Below, in pieces: positions 1 to 11,248 of a stretch of 64,000 bases of DNA. Position 1 is the first letter of the stretch, and the number at the start of each line of letters is the position of its first letter. The notes beneath the pieces are model-generated. The model did not search any database and was not told where the DNA came from. It saw only the letters and a list, made by a program, of their open reading frames with translations. This stretch comes from a virus. Lineage: Duplodnaviria; Caudoviricetes. The translations under genes and the position numbers were made by a program. The DNA lies in IMG/VR virus record IMGVR_UViG_2617271113_000004, positions 96,001-160,000 of that record; one strand, given 5' to 3'.

Positions 1-453
1 ATATTTTACCGTAAGAGCAGCTTTTGGAGCTTCTCTAAACTCAATAACCCCAACTTCAGCGTCTTTAATAAATACATCCTCATTTATAACTAAACTATTA
101 TCTCCAACTTGAACTGACAGTAATTCTGTAACGTCTTTCATATCAGTTATATTAAATGTTTTTTCCGTATTCGTTGATAATATGTCTTGACTGGCACTTT
201 TTATTGATTCAGGTTGTATCTTCATATTATAAACAAAATAGCCTTCTTCGTTTGAGATACTATTTGTTTCACCTTTTTCAGTTTCTAAAACTCGACTTGT
301 CTTAGCTGGGTTTGACATCATATTTGCAACTATTTCATTAGCACTCGTAACAACCAAATTCTTTTTTTCTTTAGTAAAAAAGATACCTTCTTCATTATAT
401 AATTCAAGTTTTACATTTCCTTTGGGATTCATTGCACTGACATCATTTAGCAT
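1..453 (-). CDS. Virion structural (tail/baseplate-type) protein, truncated by window edge
   Basis: ATG at 453 with GAGGTG RBS, open to position 1. N-terminus (NPKGNVKLELYN...KNLVVTSANEIVANMMSNP) resembles the N-terminal block of 478..2589. Confidence 0.65.
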   Translation of the reverse strand, partial: MLNDVSAMNPKGNVKLELYNEEGIFFTKEKKNLVVTSANEIVANMMSNPAKTSRVLETEKGETNSISNEEGYFVYNMKIQPESIKSASQDILSTNTEKTFNITDMKDVTELLSVQVGDNSLVINEDVFIKDAEVGVIEFREAPKAALTVKY

Positions 454-477
454 GTGAACACCTCATAACCTTTTTAA

Positions 478-2589
478 TTATTTGCCACCTTGAAATGGAT
501 CTCCGTTCTCATTAGTTAGTGTTATTGTCCAAGTAACACGTAAACCAGTTGCAAGATCTTTTCGTGCTTCTCCTACTCGAACTAGAGAAAATGCTTTAAC
601 AGGATAACCTGTAAATCCCTTAATATGATCATCCATTCTAGGACCATCAAACAGTCCCATTTCACGAATAGTTACACTACTATTTGGAACATTTTCTTCA
701 AATTCAGCTACAAACTGAACACTACCTTTATCTAAAGCGTACCAAGGATACTCATTCACATCTTTTGGTTTTAATACAACTTGTCTTGAATAATTTGTGG
801 GAACTCCTGGCTTTTCATCAGAGTAATAATATAACTCCAAGTTCGTTAAGATTTCATTGTTCATTAATTCCTGACTTATTAATACTGTTTTATTTGATGT
901 GTCCTCAGGATCTAATACATAAACGTTATTAGTTCGAAGTTCTTGTATGTCTTCTTTAAATTTAAGAATAGATTTATTTTGATCTAACAATAGTAATTCT
1001 TTGGAAGGGTTAATAGTATAATCTGTCTCTAGAACATTCACTGTTTTTGTAATGTCATAATCTACAGTGATTACACTTCCCTCAGCTGGGGCAGATCCAA
1101 AATAAATGTAAGCATAATCGTCATATGAATTTAATTTATATTCATCACTACGGATTCCTTCGCTAATTACATTTCCGTCTACTTTCACAGTAATTGTTTC
1201 AATTCTTCCAAACGAAAGATCAAATCTTCTATTGGAACCATTTAAATCTCCAGATGGTGTCTCTCCTATAACCTGTAGTTCAATATCTTTTGTTATTAGG
1301 TTAGACACTTTTTCATCTTGCATAATTTGACCTGTAGTTTCGAATGATACCATCAACCCAGTCAATGCTCGATTGAAATATGCTTTTCCATAACGCTCGT
1401 CCATGTAATATTTACCTTCGGCAACTTCATCTAATGTCTCCACTTTTTCTAGTTTTACACTATTATAAGAGATTGCAACTGAACCTGGTTTAACAGGAGC
1501 ATGTTCCAATTGAATAGTATAAGGGGCAACTGAAGTTGTGTTATAAGCAGTTGGCGTTATAAATTTATTAGTGAAGTTTTCAAATTCATGAATCAGACCA
1601 TTCATATCTTTACTAAATGCATCCCATTTTAATCCGTTAATCGAAACAACAGGATTTGTTACAGTTGCATCTGCACCAGTGAATTTAATACTCACGTTTG
1701 ACTGCTCTTCCTGATTTAAATTTTCGATCAAGAGATGATTTTCAGATACTTCTCCATCCGCTAAATCAGTGTCTAATGTCTCTATCGTTGTCTCTAATAC
1801 ATCATTTATAAAAACACCAATTTGTCCTCCATTATTGCTCGTTTGATACAATAATTCGAAATTGCTTATTTTCTGAGTAAATGTAATCTCATCGTTAACC
1901 TGAGTAGTTTGTTTTATCTCATCACCAGTGAATGAACCAGTATAAGTTAACCTTTCGTCTGCTAGTGATACATCATAATTTACACCATCACCTAAACCGA
2001 TAAACAAGTTTGAAAAAGTAGAGTAGATTTCTGCAGATAATGGTGCAGTTGATGCATTAGCAGCAGAGTGCAAACTAAAAGCCTTTTGGTTCGGTTCTAC
2101 TGATGGCTCCTCTTTCAAATACAATGTATTTGGATAATATGAATATTCAATATTAAATTCTTCATCATCAACTACATTCCATATATCGTTAGGGTGACTT
2201 ACAATAATATTTGTATCATTTTCAACTTCAGTTATTTTATCAACCGACAAATGATACACCTTGCTTGAATCTGACCTAAGAGTTCTATTCTTATATAAAA
2301 CTCGTGATGGATCTCCGCTAAATGCACGAAGTAAAATTTCTTCTGCACCATCCACCACCAAGTTAGGCTGATCGGCAAGGACTCCTACAACCTCTCCATT
2401 TGAGTTAATTTCTTCTATTTGAATATGACCTTTAGGTTTCATTGAAAATTCATCATGTAAACCTTCACGGCCTTTGTTGTTAGTTCTTTTTTGAAGAAGA
2501 TTTAACTTATTTACAACACTATTTTTCTTAGGACCATCGGGTAAAGATGCAATTAATTTTTTAATACGTTCAAAATTCAAAACCAACAC
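478..2589 (-). CDS. Virion structural protein, beta-rich, tail/baseplate-like
   Basis: 703 aa in the structural operon. N-terminal KGHIQIE..NLVV block and C-terminal VTIREMGLF...LRVTWTITL resemble tail-fibre/baseplate anchor modules. Confidence 0.6.
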   Translation of the reverse strand: MLVLNFERIKKLIASLPDGPKKNSVVNKLNLLQKRTNNKGREGLHDEFSMKPKGHIQIEEINSNGEVVGVLADQPNLVVDGAEEILLRAFSGDPSRVLYKNRTLRSDSSKVYHLSVDKITEVENDTNIIVSHPNDIWNVVDDEEFNIEYSYYPNTLYLKEEPSVEPNQKAFSLHSAANASTAPLSAEIYSTFSNLFIGLGDGVNYDVSLADERLTYTGSFTGDEIKQTTQVNDEITFTQKISNFELLYQTSNNGGQIGVFINDVLETTIETLDTDLADGEVSENHLLIENLNQEEQSNVSIKFTGADATVTNPVVSINGLKWDAFSKDMNGLIHEFENFTNKFITPTAYNTTSVAPYTIQLEHAPVKPGSVAISYNSVKLEKVETLDEVAEGKYYMDERYGKAYFNRALTGLMVSFETTGQIMQDEKVSNLITKDIELQVIGETPSGDLNGSNRRFDLSFGRIETITVKVDGNVISEGIRSDEYKLNSYDDYAYIYFGSAPAEGSVITVDYDITKTVNVLETDYTINPSKELLLLDQNKSILKFKEDIQELRTNNVYVLDPEDTSNKTVLISQELMNNEILTNLELYYYSDEKPGVPTNYSRQVVLKPKDVNEYPWYALDKGSVQFVAEFEENVPNSSVTIREMGLFDGPRMDDHIKGFTGYPVKAFSLVRVGEARKDLATGLRVTWTITLTNENGDPFQGGK

Positions 2590-2616
2590 CTCGCATTATT
2601 TTTAAAGGAATCATGT

Positions 2617-4539
2617 TTATTGCCCTTTTAGGGTATTTGTTCCTAATATAAAATCTCCTAATGTTATATCTCCATTTAAATCACCTAGAAAATAAACTAC
2701 GGACTCTTCTTCAGTCAGCGTGTATATATCATATGGCATTGGCAGCACTTCAGACTCTAAATGATCTTTTATCTTTCTAATACTTTGATCATAAATATTT
2801 GTTTTATAAGTATTTATAAAATCTCCATCAACGGATAACAGCATAGAATGATTAAGTTTAGAATAATCTACAGTTATATCTAAAGTGCTATGATCATATA
2901 GCATAATCTTTTGTAATGCTTTTCTTATAAAATCATATCTAGATGATTCTATATCTAAATTTTCTTCCAATTGAAGTTCCTTGATTTCTACTTCATTATT
3001 CTTATTTGTTATTGAAGACACTAAAATTGAATCAATCACTTCTAAAAGAAAAGATTCTTGATATTGTTTATAATTATTGGTAGAAATAATTGAAGATCTA
3101 TCTTTGAAAGAACTAATATATGAACTCTCTAAACTGTTGCAAACGTTATTGTGCTCTAATACAGTAACTTCATAGGTCGTTGTTTCTTTATCCAATTGTA
3201 CAGCCGTATTGAGTTTTTTTCTTTTAATTGTTAAATTCTCGTGAATATTAGAAAGGACTTCAATAAATTCAGTCGGAGCATAATCTATCCATAGCCCGAT
3301 TTTACTTTCAATTAATGGCGTAAGGATCAAATCAGAAAAATCGACATGGTATTCAACATCTCTTTTTTTACAGTCATCTAAGAGTAAATCAATAATATCT
3401 TTTATTAAAATGTGCCTTTCATTCTCTTTTTCTTTTATAAGTTCGTATTGGCCTATTTGTTCTACAGTATCTACATTGTTTATATCATGCATCTCATGAT
3501 TTAACTGAAGTTCCTGCTGATCAACAATCAAGAACGGTAAGTAAATGTCACTCAAAACGCTTTTAAACAAGTTATAGAATTGCTCATTTTTTTTGTATAC
3601 AATTTCCTCATAGACGATAGGCTCTGATATTAATTTTACAGCATCATTTATACAAGACACAAAGCTATCATTAAGCTCAGAGTTATATAAGCTGGTAATT
3701 ATAGCGTTTTTTATCTCTAGTTCATATATGCCTTGTAAAAGAATAGTTATTTCTTCTTCATTTCTCAAGATTGCTTCATATTCCGTCTCCTGAATAATGC
3801 GATCTAACTGATCATCCAGGAAAGACTCTAAAAGGATAGCAACGAAATCCTCTTGGTCCTCATTAAAACGATCTAATAATTTGTAACTTCTAACTAATTC
3901 AGCAAAGTAATTAACCGAACCAATTAAATCCTCATGTAAACCTTTTTTAATCGAAGATGATATAAGAGAGTTGACCTCTTCAATTACTGTTGATTTATTA
4001 TACTTTTTATCATAATTCCTATTTAATAAAGGAGTTTTATCTTTAAATAATACTTGAATAGCATCTTCAACTGTTGAATTAATCGTATACTCTAAATTTG
4101 AATCATTTGCTGTTAAAAGCACATCAATGATGTCATGAAGTAACTCAAATAGTATCGTTTCATTATCGATTCCTTTAATGTTTGAATAGACCCAATCGCT
4201 TACTTTCGTATTAGATACTCCTCTAATACGAAAATGATTAAAGTCGTTAGCATCAACTTCATTAAAATGTTTATGAGTAACCCAATGGGATTCCTTCACT
4301 CCATGTGTGGCCATTGATAATTTGGAGCGAAGGCGGAATATATCCTTGTTTGGGTTATAATTTTCTTCTGAAATGCCTGTATCTATAATCTTCCTGTGTA
4401 GTGTAAAAAGTTCTTGATTATTTAAATCGATAGCCTTAAGACGGAGATATTGATTGTTGAACTCAGGTTGAAAAGTGAACGTTTTAAATAATCGATCAAT
4501 ATGTGAGTCCTTTACAGGTTGATTTCTCACCTTGCTCAC
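2617..4539 (-). CDS. Hypothetical acidic protein, probably structural
   Basis: 640 aa ORF in the structural operon; no motif recognised. Confidence 0.5.
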   Translation of the reverse strand: MSKVRNQPVKDSHIDRLFKTFTFQPEFNNQYLRLKAIDLNNQELFTLHRKIIDTGISEENYNPNKDIFRLRSKLSMATHGVKESHWVTHKHFNEVDANDFNHFRIRGVSNTKVSDWVYSNIKGIDNETILFELLHDIIDVLLTANDSNLEYTINSTVEDAIQVLFKDKTPLLNRNYDKKYNKSTVIEEVNSLISSSIKKGLHEDLIGSVNYFAELVRSYKLLDRFNEDQEDFVAILLESFLDDQLDRIIQETEYEAILRNEEEITILLQGIYELEIKNAIITSLYNSELNDSFVSCINDAVKLISEPIVYEEIVYKKNEQFYNLFKSVLSDIYLPFLIVDQQELQLNHEMHDINNVDTVEQIGQYELIKEKENERHILIKDIIDLLLDDCKKRDVEYHVDFSDLILTPLIESKIGLWIDYAPTEFIEVLSNIHENLTIKRKKLNTAVQLDKETTTYEVTVLEHNNVCNSLESSYISSFKDRSSIISTNNYKQYQESFLLEVIDSILVSSITNKNNEVEIKELQLEENLDIESSRYDFIRKALQKIMLYDHSTLDITVDYSKLNHSMLLSVDGDFINTYKTNIYDQSIRKIKDHLESEVLPMPYDIYTLTEEESVVYFLGDLNGDITLGDFILGTNTLKGQ

Positions 4540-4548
4540 CTCTGTTCA

Positions 4549-5091
4549 TTACTTAGATTCTTTAGATTCACTTTTCTTTTTGGTTTGCTTTTTCGTATTT
4601 TTCTTTGGAGCTTGTTTTTCTTCTGTTTTCTTTTCTTCCTCTTTTTCCTGATTAGTGTCTTCTACTACGATCTCATTATTTTCTTCTACATCTAATGCAG
4701 TTGCTTCTACCTGTTGAGCACCTGGTTCTCCGCTACCTTCACCTGTTCCTGGTTCCGGATCTGGTTCCGGATCTGGCTCCGGATCTGGCTCCTGAGGTAC
4801 TTCTGGAATTGCTACACTATTATTTTGCACAGAGTCAATTCGTTCTTGTGCTTTTCTACGTAAGATATCATACTTGGACATCCATTTATTTAAAGTGGCA
4901 TCTGGAAATTTACCTTCATACAAAATCAATGCGGGAACATGTGCGCAGCAAGCATTACAAATACCTGTTAAATCTGTTGAGTCGTTATAGAATATTTTTT
5001 GTACAGGATTATCTAGAGTAATATATGTGTTTGTTTTTTCATCATAAAACCCACTCTTATTTCGTGCTAAACCAACTTTTAGATATTTCAT
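4549..5091 (-). CDS. Hypothetical head-associated protein with PE/PD linker and Lys-rich tail
   Basis: 180 aa, strong AAGGAGG RBS, immediately after the major capsid gene. Confidence 0.55.
   Translation of the reverse strand: MKYLKVGLARNKSGFYDEKTNTYITLDNPVQKIFYNDSTDLTGICNACCAHVPALILYEGKFPDATLNKWMSKYDILRRKAQERIDSVQNNSVAIPEVPQEPDPEPDPEPDPEPGTGEGSGEPGAQQVEATALDVEENNEIVVEDTNQEKEEEKKTEEKQAPKKNTKKQTKKKSESKESK
4749..4792. repeat. 12-bp tandem repeat (CTGGYTCCGGAT x3.6) encoding EPDP repeats
   Basis: Directly visible in the sequence. Confidence 0.9.
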
Positions 5092-5116
5092 GTTTTGTAA
5101 TATCCTCCTTTAAATT

Positions 5117-5151
5117 AAAAGGACGAGCAACCTCTTATCGCTCGCCCTTCG
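5117..5151 (-). terminator. Intrinsic terminator after major capsid gene
   Basis: Minus strand reads GGGCGAGCGA-TAAGAGG-TTGCTCGTCC-TTTT. Confidence 0.7.
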
Positions 5152-5179
5152 GGTGTTTGTGGTTTCTATATATTTTTAA

Positions 5180-6262
5180 TTAAACTACTTTAACTCTTTC
5201 TGGAATTGGATATGATTTTTCAAAGTTAATGTTTCTTGCAGCTGCTACTGCTTTACCTTCATTTAGGACACCAACACCATAACGTTCTTTAACTTTAATG
5301 GTTTGAATATCACGCATTGGATCATCGAATTGTTCTGTCGATAACGGGTCTTTTTCAAGTAAGATTCCGATATTGTTACGATCCACCACATACATATCGA
5401 ACTTCTTCTGTTCATGATTAAATGGAGCAAACGGTGTAAAGTTTAGATTAATTGCAAATGGTATACGACCTTGTACTTGATCTGGTTTAATTGCAAGGTT
5501 AGTTACTTGAGAACCACCTAATGCAGCATGTGTAAGACTGTTCATAATATCATTTTTGAAGAATACAGACCACGTTAATGGATGCATAATAATATCCGTT
5601 GGATTGTATCCATTAGCCATGACAGCAATAAACATATCAATTAAATCTTCTGTAGATAATGTATTATTAGGGTTTCCTTCAAAGTCTAGTCCACTTGTAC
5701 CTGCTTCTTTATAATCCTGGCGGATATCGTTATTAAATACAGTATGTCCATGTGCTGAAAATTGTCTGAAGATCTTCTCTTCTTTCAAACGAGACATAGC
5801 TGATCCAGCTTGACGTAACAAAATTCCAATAACATCCCATTGCGAATCACTAATCATTTCATCAGTTACACGAACAACCATACCTGATTTACCAACTTTA
5901 ACCTCTTGTGTACGGTGTAGTTGGAAATCTGGAGATTCTTCTAGGTAACTTTGAGACTCACCAATATCATGTGCTCTCATAGCTCCAATGGAAGGAAACT
6001 CAATAGAACGTCCCTCAGTTAATCGAACTTTCTGAAGCAAGTCTGAACCAATATAGTTTGGTTCAGCAGCTTCTCGCATCATGCCAGTTACTACTCGTGG
6101 AAGTAAAATCTTAGCATCTTGTGTACTTAATGCTTCTTTAACAGTAACAAGTTTTTCTTTTGGAATCTGTGTTAAATCTTCTTCTAAGTTAAGTTGAGTC
6201 TCCATGCGTTCCAAGATATTTTTAGACTCTTCGCTCAGCTCTAAGTTTTCTGTATTGTACAT
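5180..6262 (-). CDS. Major capsid protein (HK97-like)
   Basis: 360 aa. Contains A..IGE...Y, K.G..V.VTDEMISDSQWD and ERYGVGVL; lies downstream of portal and protease. Confidence 0.85.
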   Translation of the reverse strand: MYNTENLELSEESKNILERMETQLNLEEDLTQIPKEKLVTVKEALSTQDAKILLPRVVTGMMREAAEPNYIGSDLLQKVRLTEGRSIEFPSIGAMRAHDIGESQSYLEESPDFQLHRTQEVKVGKSGMVVRVTDEMISDSQWDVIGILLRQAGSAMSRLKEEKIFRQFSAHGHTVFNNDIRQDYKEAGTSGLDFEGNPNNTLSTEDLIDMFIAVMANGYNPTDIIMHPLTWSVFFKNDIMNSLTHAALGGSQVTNLAIKPDQVQGRIPFAINLNFTPFAPFNHEQKKFDMYVVDRNNIGILLEKDPLSTEQFDDPMRDIQTIKVKERYGVGVLNEGKAVAAARNINFEKSYPIPERVKVV

Positions 6263-6299
6263 TCATGTTCCTCCTTAATATCTTTCATTTGCTAGTGCA

Positions 6300-7523
6300 T
6301 TACTTTTGAAGTAAAATTCGGACTGCACCGACAGAACCTTTCCAATCCCACCCAGTAGGCACACCAGGAAGTTGGCCAGTAGCTTTAAAGCTTGCTGTAA
6401 CTTCTTGTGGAGAGTTACCGGTATTATTAACTTCGAGTGTAACTAAACCAGATTCATAGTGAATGTTGGCTGGTTCTACAACTTGACCGCCAACTTTAAT
6501 CTCAACAGATCCCTCTACAAGAGGAGTTTTTTCAATGCGGTAATATTGTTTTCCGCTAGATCCAGGATTAACACTTCCTAAAAGAACATCTTTGAAAGGA
6601 ACTTCAATTCTAGAACCATTTGTCAATCCAGGAATACCTTGCGGATAATATTTACTTGATTTTGCATCAAAGTTACGATATGTTTTTTCATAAGGATATC
6701 CAGGGAACTTATTGTCTTGAATATCATCTGCTGTCATACCACTAGAGCTATCTATTTCTGCAAGCTGTTCATCTGTTGATCCTACCCACTGTAACCATCC
6801 TTGAGGAGGAAGATTAGTTTCAACTGCCCAAACTTGGCCAATCACTTGCTCTTGAAGTCTTGAAATCTCAGCAATTGCAGCAAATTTTTGATCCGCAGTC
6901 GCTTCTGTGCTTTTTAATACATCACGTTGAGCCTCAAAATCAGCTACAATTAATCGTCCATTTTCATCTGACATCACATAGTCACCGTGTTTTACCGGCT
7001 TATCGATGTCTTTGTCATAAAAACTTCCCCATTCAATCTCTTCTGCATTAGCTCTCGAAGGAATGTAAGGCAATTCAATATAAATTTCATTTTCTACTGT
7101 AGGCTGCATACCATTAAATCCATCTACAAATTCCTCATAGAGATTTCCATATGCAACACCAATCGCTTTGTTTGCTGTACGGGTATGATCTTGTCCACTT
7201 TTCCCAACTTCAAGTACATCTTTACCGCCATTAGCTAAAGTAAGAACTGGTCGCTGCACATTAGCATCAAAATCATTGATTGTTCCATTTTTGAATTCTC
7301 CACCATCATCAGTTGAAATCGCAACTGCACGACCCTTAGGAATTACGACCCATCCATCTCCACCAAAGTGATATCGAAACAATCCTTTTAGGCGTGGATC
7401 TACTAAGAATTTTTCCCCAGGTGAATCATGGGTGCCTGCTTGCAATTTAGTATTACTACGAAAATATTGATCTTTTGTATCAAGAACAGGGGTTGCACCT
7501 TTAAATAAAGCCATTTGCTTCAC
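6300..7523 (-). CDS. Capsid-associated structural (decoration-like) protein
   Basis: 407 aa between protease and MCP; VVIPKGR, AIGVA and GDYVMSDENG motifs as in head decoration proteins. Confidence 0.55.
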   Translation of the reverse strand: MKQMALFKGATPVLDTKDQYFRSNTKLQAGTHDSPGEKFLVDPRLKGLFRYHFGGDGWVVIPKGRAVAISTDDGGEFKNGTINDFDANVQRPVLTLANGGKDVLEVGKSGQDHTRTANKAIGVAYGNLYEEFVDGFNGMQPTVENEIYIELPYIPSRANAEEIEWGSFYDKDIDKPVKHGDYVMSDENGRLIVADFEAQRDVLKSTEATADQKFAAIAEISRLQEQVIGQVWAVETNLPPQGWLQWVGSTDEQLAEIDSSSGMTADDIQDNKFPGYPYEKTYRNFDAKSSKYYPQGIPGLTNGSRIEVPFKDVLLGSVNPGSSGKQYYRIEKTPLVEGSVEIKVGGQVVEPANIHYESGLVTLEVNNTGNSPQEVTASFKATGQLPGVPTGWDWKGSVGAVRILLQK

Positions 7524-7541
7524 TCCTTAATTGAATTAATA

Positions 7542-8996
7542 TTACTTACCTTTGAACATTTTGGTGAATATCTTTACACTATCATCGTAAGTCATAGGAT
7601 TTTTCTTATTTTGTTCATTTACTACAGATCCAGGATTGGTAACAGTAGTATCTTTTTCAACCCTTTTTTTAGATTCATTTAGTAAATCATTTAATGTATC
7701 TTTCAATGAATCCTCTGATCGTTTCTCATGTTCAGAAACTGCTTCCTCACGATCCACCCCTATCACTTCCGATTTGCGTAGAGATAGTTTTAGATCGACT
7801 ACTTTTTCTGCTAAAGCTTTATGATTGGATTCAATCAATGTTGCTTTTTCTTGTAACAAGCGTTGCACCTCAGCTTCAGCAGTTTCAAGTTTGCTCTCCA
7901 GTTTTTGATTCTTCATGACAAACTTAGATAAGCTCTCTTGTAAGGAATTTATTTTGATCTGCGCTTCTTCTAGTTCATTAACTTCCTTGTTATTCTCAGT
8001 AATATCTTCAGAAGTTGATGATTTATCATCTGTTTCTATTGTTTCATCAACATCTTTTGTATTTTGAGATGGTTGTGTATTGTTCTCTTCAGATTCATTA
8101 GTTACATCTTCATCTGAAGTTGATTTATTTTCTGTTGTAGTGTTATCTTCATTAGTATTACTGGTCTGCAGGGTGTTTTCTTCATCCTCAAGCATATTAG
8201 TTTCACTCCCTTCTTTAACATTCGTTAGAAGATCCACCATTTGTTTTACATCCTCATTGAGATGTTCATAAAGATTAACCTCTGGATTCTCAGTGTTTTG
8301 ATATAAACCTTCTGCCATTTGAATCACTTCCATGTTTACTTGCTCATTGGTATTACTTCCTGATTCGTCTACTACTTCTACAGAGCGATTGCCTGCATTT
8401 TCGTCGGCAGGTGTATTTACATAACTCACTTCTCGACCAAATGTGTTTCCGATAATAAAATGGCATTGTTGTTCGTCATATGTGTCTCCTGGAAAATGCC
8501 CGCAATATTCTTGTGTGCGGTCAGTTCCACAAATATTACAAGTTACTTTATCGGTGGAGGCACCAATGGAAACGGTTTGATATCGACCATCAAGTACTTT
8601 CTCAACAGCATCTGGATCTGTAATTTCTACGGTAAACATAAGTCCACTCTTACCTGATAAGGTTTGTTCTGCATATTCTGCTTTCAAGATTCTACCTATT
8701 GCTTCACCGTTGTATTGATTGTGATGTGTTAATACTGGTTTATTATAGGGTTGAGTCCAAGATTTAAGACCACCTTTTAGGCCTTCTTCTGTGTAGTACG
8801 TTGAATTTCTTGTTTTCCCTACATGAATAGCTTCCATCTTAACAATAAGCTTTCGGTTCTTTTTATCTTTTGCAGACTCATTCAGCATTTTAACTGTGTC
8901 AGGTTGAATCTTACCTACTAACTTCGTGTTTTCTTCTAAAGCGTTTTTTGATACTAATTTTTTGTTTTGATGTTCTTCAATTGTATATAACATCAC
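7542..8996 (-). CDS. Prohead protease with C-terminal scaffold-like coiled coil
   Basis: KPVLTHH, AIGRI, TVSIG, CNICG..CGH and EVSYVNTPAD motifs, followed by an acidic linker and coiled coil. Confidence 0.85.
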   Translation of the reverse strand: MMLYTIEEHQNKKLVSKNALEENTKLVGKIQPDTVKMLNESAKDKKNRKLIVKMEAIHVGKTRNSTYYTEEGLKGGLKSWTQPYNKPVLTHHNQYNGEAIGRILKAEYAEQTLSGKSGLMFTVEITDPDAVEKVLDGRYQTVSIGASTDKVTCNICGTDRTQEYCGHFPGDTYDEQQCHFIIGNTFGREVSYVNTPADENAGNRSVEVVDESGSNTNEQVNMEVIQMAEGLYQNTENPEVNLYEHLNEDVKQMVDLLTNVKEGSETNMLEDEENTLQTSNTNEDNTTTENKSTSDEDVTNESEENNTQPSQNTKDVDETIETDDKSSTSEDITENNKEVNELEEAQIKINSLQESLSKFVMKNQKLESKLETAEAEVQRLLQEKATLIESNHKALAEKVVDLKLSLRKSEVIGVDREEAVSEHEKRSEDSLKDTLNDLLNESKKRVEKDTTVTNPGSVVNEQNKKNPMTYDDSVKIFTKMFKGK

Positions 8997-11149
8997 ATCT
9001 CACCTCCCTTAAATTTTGTAACCTCACACTCACAATTAGGGTGCCAAGGCGGTATTTTATAAAATATAGCAACTTCATCAAGAGATGAGAGTTGTTTCAA
9101 AGGAATAGGTTCTTTATTCTTTCTTTGGCATGCCTTACAATCACCTTCATAGTAAACAGATGCGTATTCTTCATCTTCTTGCATTAATACTAAGGAATAT
9201 CCATAATTGTAGCTTTTTGCAAGTAATGTTTTAGCATTACTTTTAACACTTGAACGAACAGCTTCAAACGCTGAAGCAACACTAGACATTACATCTTTCT
9301 CACTTTCAAATTTATCTAAATTAGATTGAGTTATTGATGAAATGCGTGTTTCTATTCTATCTAGCTGTTCCTCTATTTCGGTTTTAATTGTATTATGAGC
9401 TAAAGACTCATTAATTTTTCCGACACCTTTAATCTTGGAATGTGCTTCATCTACGCCTTTATTAAATAAATAAATGGTTTGTTTTTGAAACTCATTTTGG
9501 AAACGATCTCTCTCTAATCGATTAAATGAAAATAAATTAGAAGACTCCTCTAAGGGAAATGTTAGCCTTTGTATTTTTGTTTCTATTTGTTCCAGCACAC
9601 TTGCCTTCATATGATTAAATGCCTGATTTAGTGTTTCTTCTGTTTCCCATAAGGAATCAATCAAAGAACGCTTAAAATTCGTTTCTGATTCATTAGTAAT
9701 GCCATTCATTGTATCTTTTGTAAACTCTGTTGCTCTTTTAGGGCCATCCTTTTTTCCGTGTTGATTTTGTGGTTGATTTTTATTCTGTGTTGCATTTGCA
9801 GCTGGATCAGAATCGGTAGCACCTATCATTTGATAACGTAAACGAGATTCATCAGCTGTAGGTTCCTGTCCCATATTCGCTCTCGTTTCTTCCCAAGTCT
9901 GAATATCACTAAGGAATTTGTGAATTTCATGATTTTCTTTTGCAATCAATCTTTCTTGCTCAATTTCATTGAATACGAAATCTACGTTAAAATCTGGATT
10001 GACTAAAGGATCATATCCACCCTCAATTAATAATTCATCAATAATAAATTTATCAATGGCTGTCTGAAGTACTTTTTGCCAACCCTTTACTCGGTCTGCT
10101 TTTTGTCCAGTCATAGCATCAGCAGTGTTGCGATTTGCCGTGTTACCTCTACCAAAATCAACTTGTGATAATCCCATTCCAGCAAATACACGATTTTCAA
10201 AATAATCTAGATACGGCCTTCCGTCAATGGCATCTACATTAACTGCTTCAACATTATGACGCTCAGGTATGACAAATATACTGTCCTCTGTCATTCCGTC
10301 AACTGTTGCTTGAACCTGTTCTATTTCTTCATCGGTGGCTTCAAATCCATCTTTATTTTCGCCTACTTTATATTTTAATAAAGGGAAAATGTGTTTATAC
10401 AACAGTAAAGAAGCATTCTCTTCTACTTTTCGAAGAAGTCGTATATCCTCAATTACTGGAGCTAGCCAAGGATCACCGAAAGCAGATCCTGAACGTACAT
10501 TAGTAGCAATATGAATGATATCCTCAGGATTAAATTCAATTGCATCTCCACCGCCCTCAACTTCTTGTTGATACTTTGTTACCGTCCCATTCTCATCTCT
10601 TGCAATTGAGATTGTTTGAGGTGGGAGAATAAAGTAACCAACTACTGGCTCTTTTGATGGAGGCACGGGAGTTAGGCTAACTCCAGGAGGTAGACCTGCA
10701 CCATTTTTTGCACGTGCCTTAGCGATAAAACAATTGGATGACCAGACAATATCTCTAGCTATACCATGGAATAAACTTTCTACAGGAGTTCCAGTAGCTA
10801 CTTCCATCATTTCAAGACGTAGTTTGAGATAATCTAATGCCTGTTCATTCTTTGATTTGAAGTTCCAACCGGATTTAAATATGAGCTCTTCATATTTCAT
10901 AACCCCTTGAGTAAGATACCCGTCTTTTCTAATGGCATTAGCAATGGTAGTTAGGTCAACATCATGTGTTTCAAAGTTATCCCTACCACCTCCGCCACCA
11001 GAACTATTACTAATCTGATAACCCACCCTTTTCGCTTTGGCTGTTTTAGGATCTCGATTAATCGAACTCCTTGAACCAGAAGAACTTGAAGGAGATGTCG
11101 CATTATTAAATCTAATGTTATTGAACAAGTTATAAAATAATTTTGACAA
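8993..11149 (-). CDS. Portal protein fused to a C-terminal MuF-like head-morphogenesis domain
   Basis: Portal motifs (FNPEDIIHI, AFGDPW, TWEETR) plus terminal CKAC...PPWHPNCEC. Confidence 0.8.
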   Translation of the reverse strand: MSKLFYNLFNNIRFNNATSPSSSSGSRSSINRDPKTAKAKRVGYQISNSSGGGGGRDNFETHDVDLTTIANAIRKDGYLTQGVMKYEELIFKSGWNFKSKNEQALDYLKLRLEMMEVATGTPVESLFHGIARDIVWSSNCFIAKARAKNGAGLPPGVSLTPVPPSKEPVVGYFILPPQTISIARDENGTVTKYQQEVEGGGDAIEFNPEDIIHIATNVRSGSAFGDPWLAPVIEDIRLLRKVEENASLLLYKHIFPLLKYKVGENKDGFEATDEEIEQVQATVDGMTEDSIFVIPERHNVEAVNVDAIDGRPYLDYFENRVFAGMGLSQVDFGRGNTANRNTADAMTGQKADRVKGWQKVLQTAIDKFIIDELLIEGGYDPLVNPDFNVDFVFNEIEQERLIAKENHEIHKFLSDIQTWEETRANMGQEPTADESRLRYQMIGATDSDPAANATQNKNQPQNQHGKKDGPKRATEFTKDTMNGITNESETNFKRSLIDSLWETEETLNQAFNHMKASVLEQIETKIQRLTFPLEESSNLFSFNRLERDRFQNEFQKQTIYLFNKGVDEAHSKIKGVGKINESLAHNTIKTEIEEQLDRIETRISSITQSNLDKFESEKDVMSSVASAFEAVRSSVKSNAKTLLAKSYNYGYSLVLMQEDEEYASVYYEGDCKACQRKNKEPIPLKQLSSLDEVAIFYKIPPWHPNCECEVTKFKGGEM

Positions 11150-11248
11150 TCTATCTCCTCCTTCAATAACCTATATTTCCTTATATAAAGCTATAGAGCC
11201 TATTTTATTAATTCTTCAATAATTATACATGATACACTGTCATATGAG

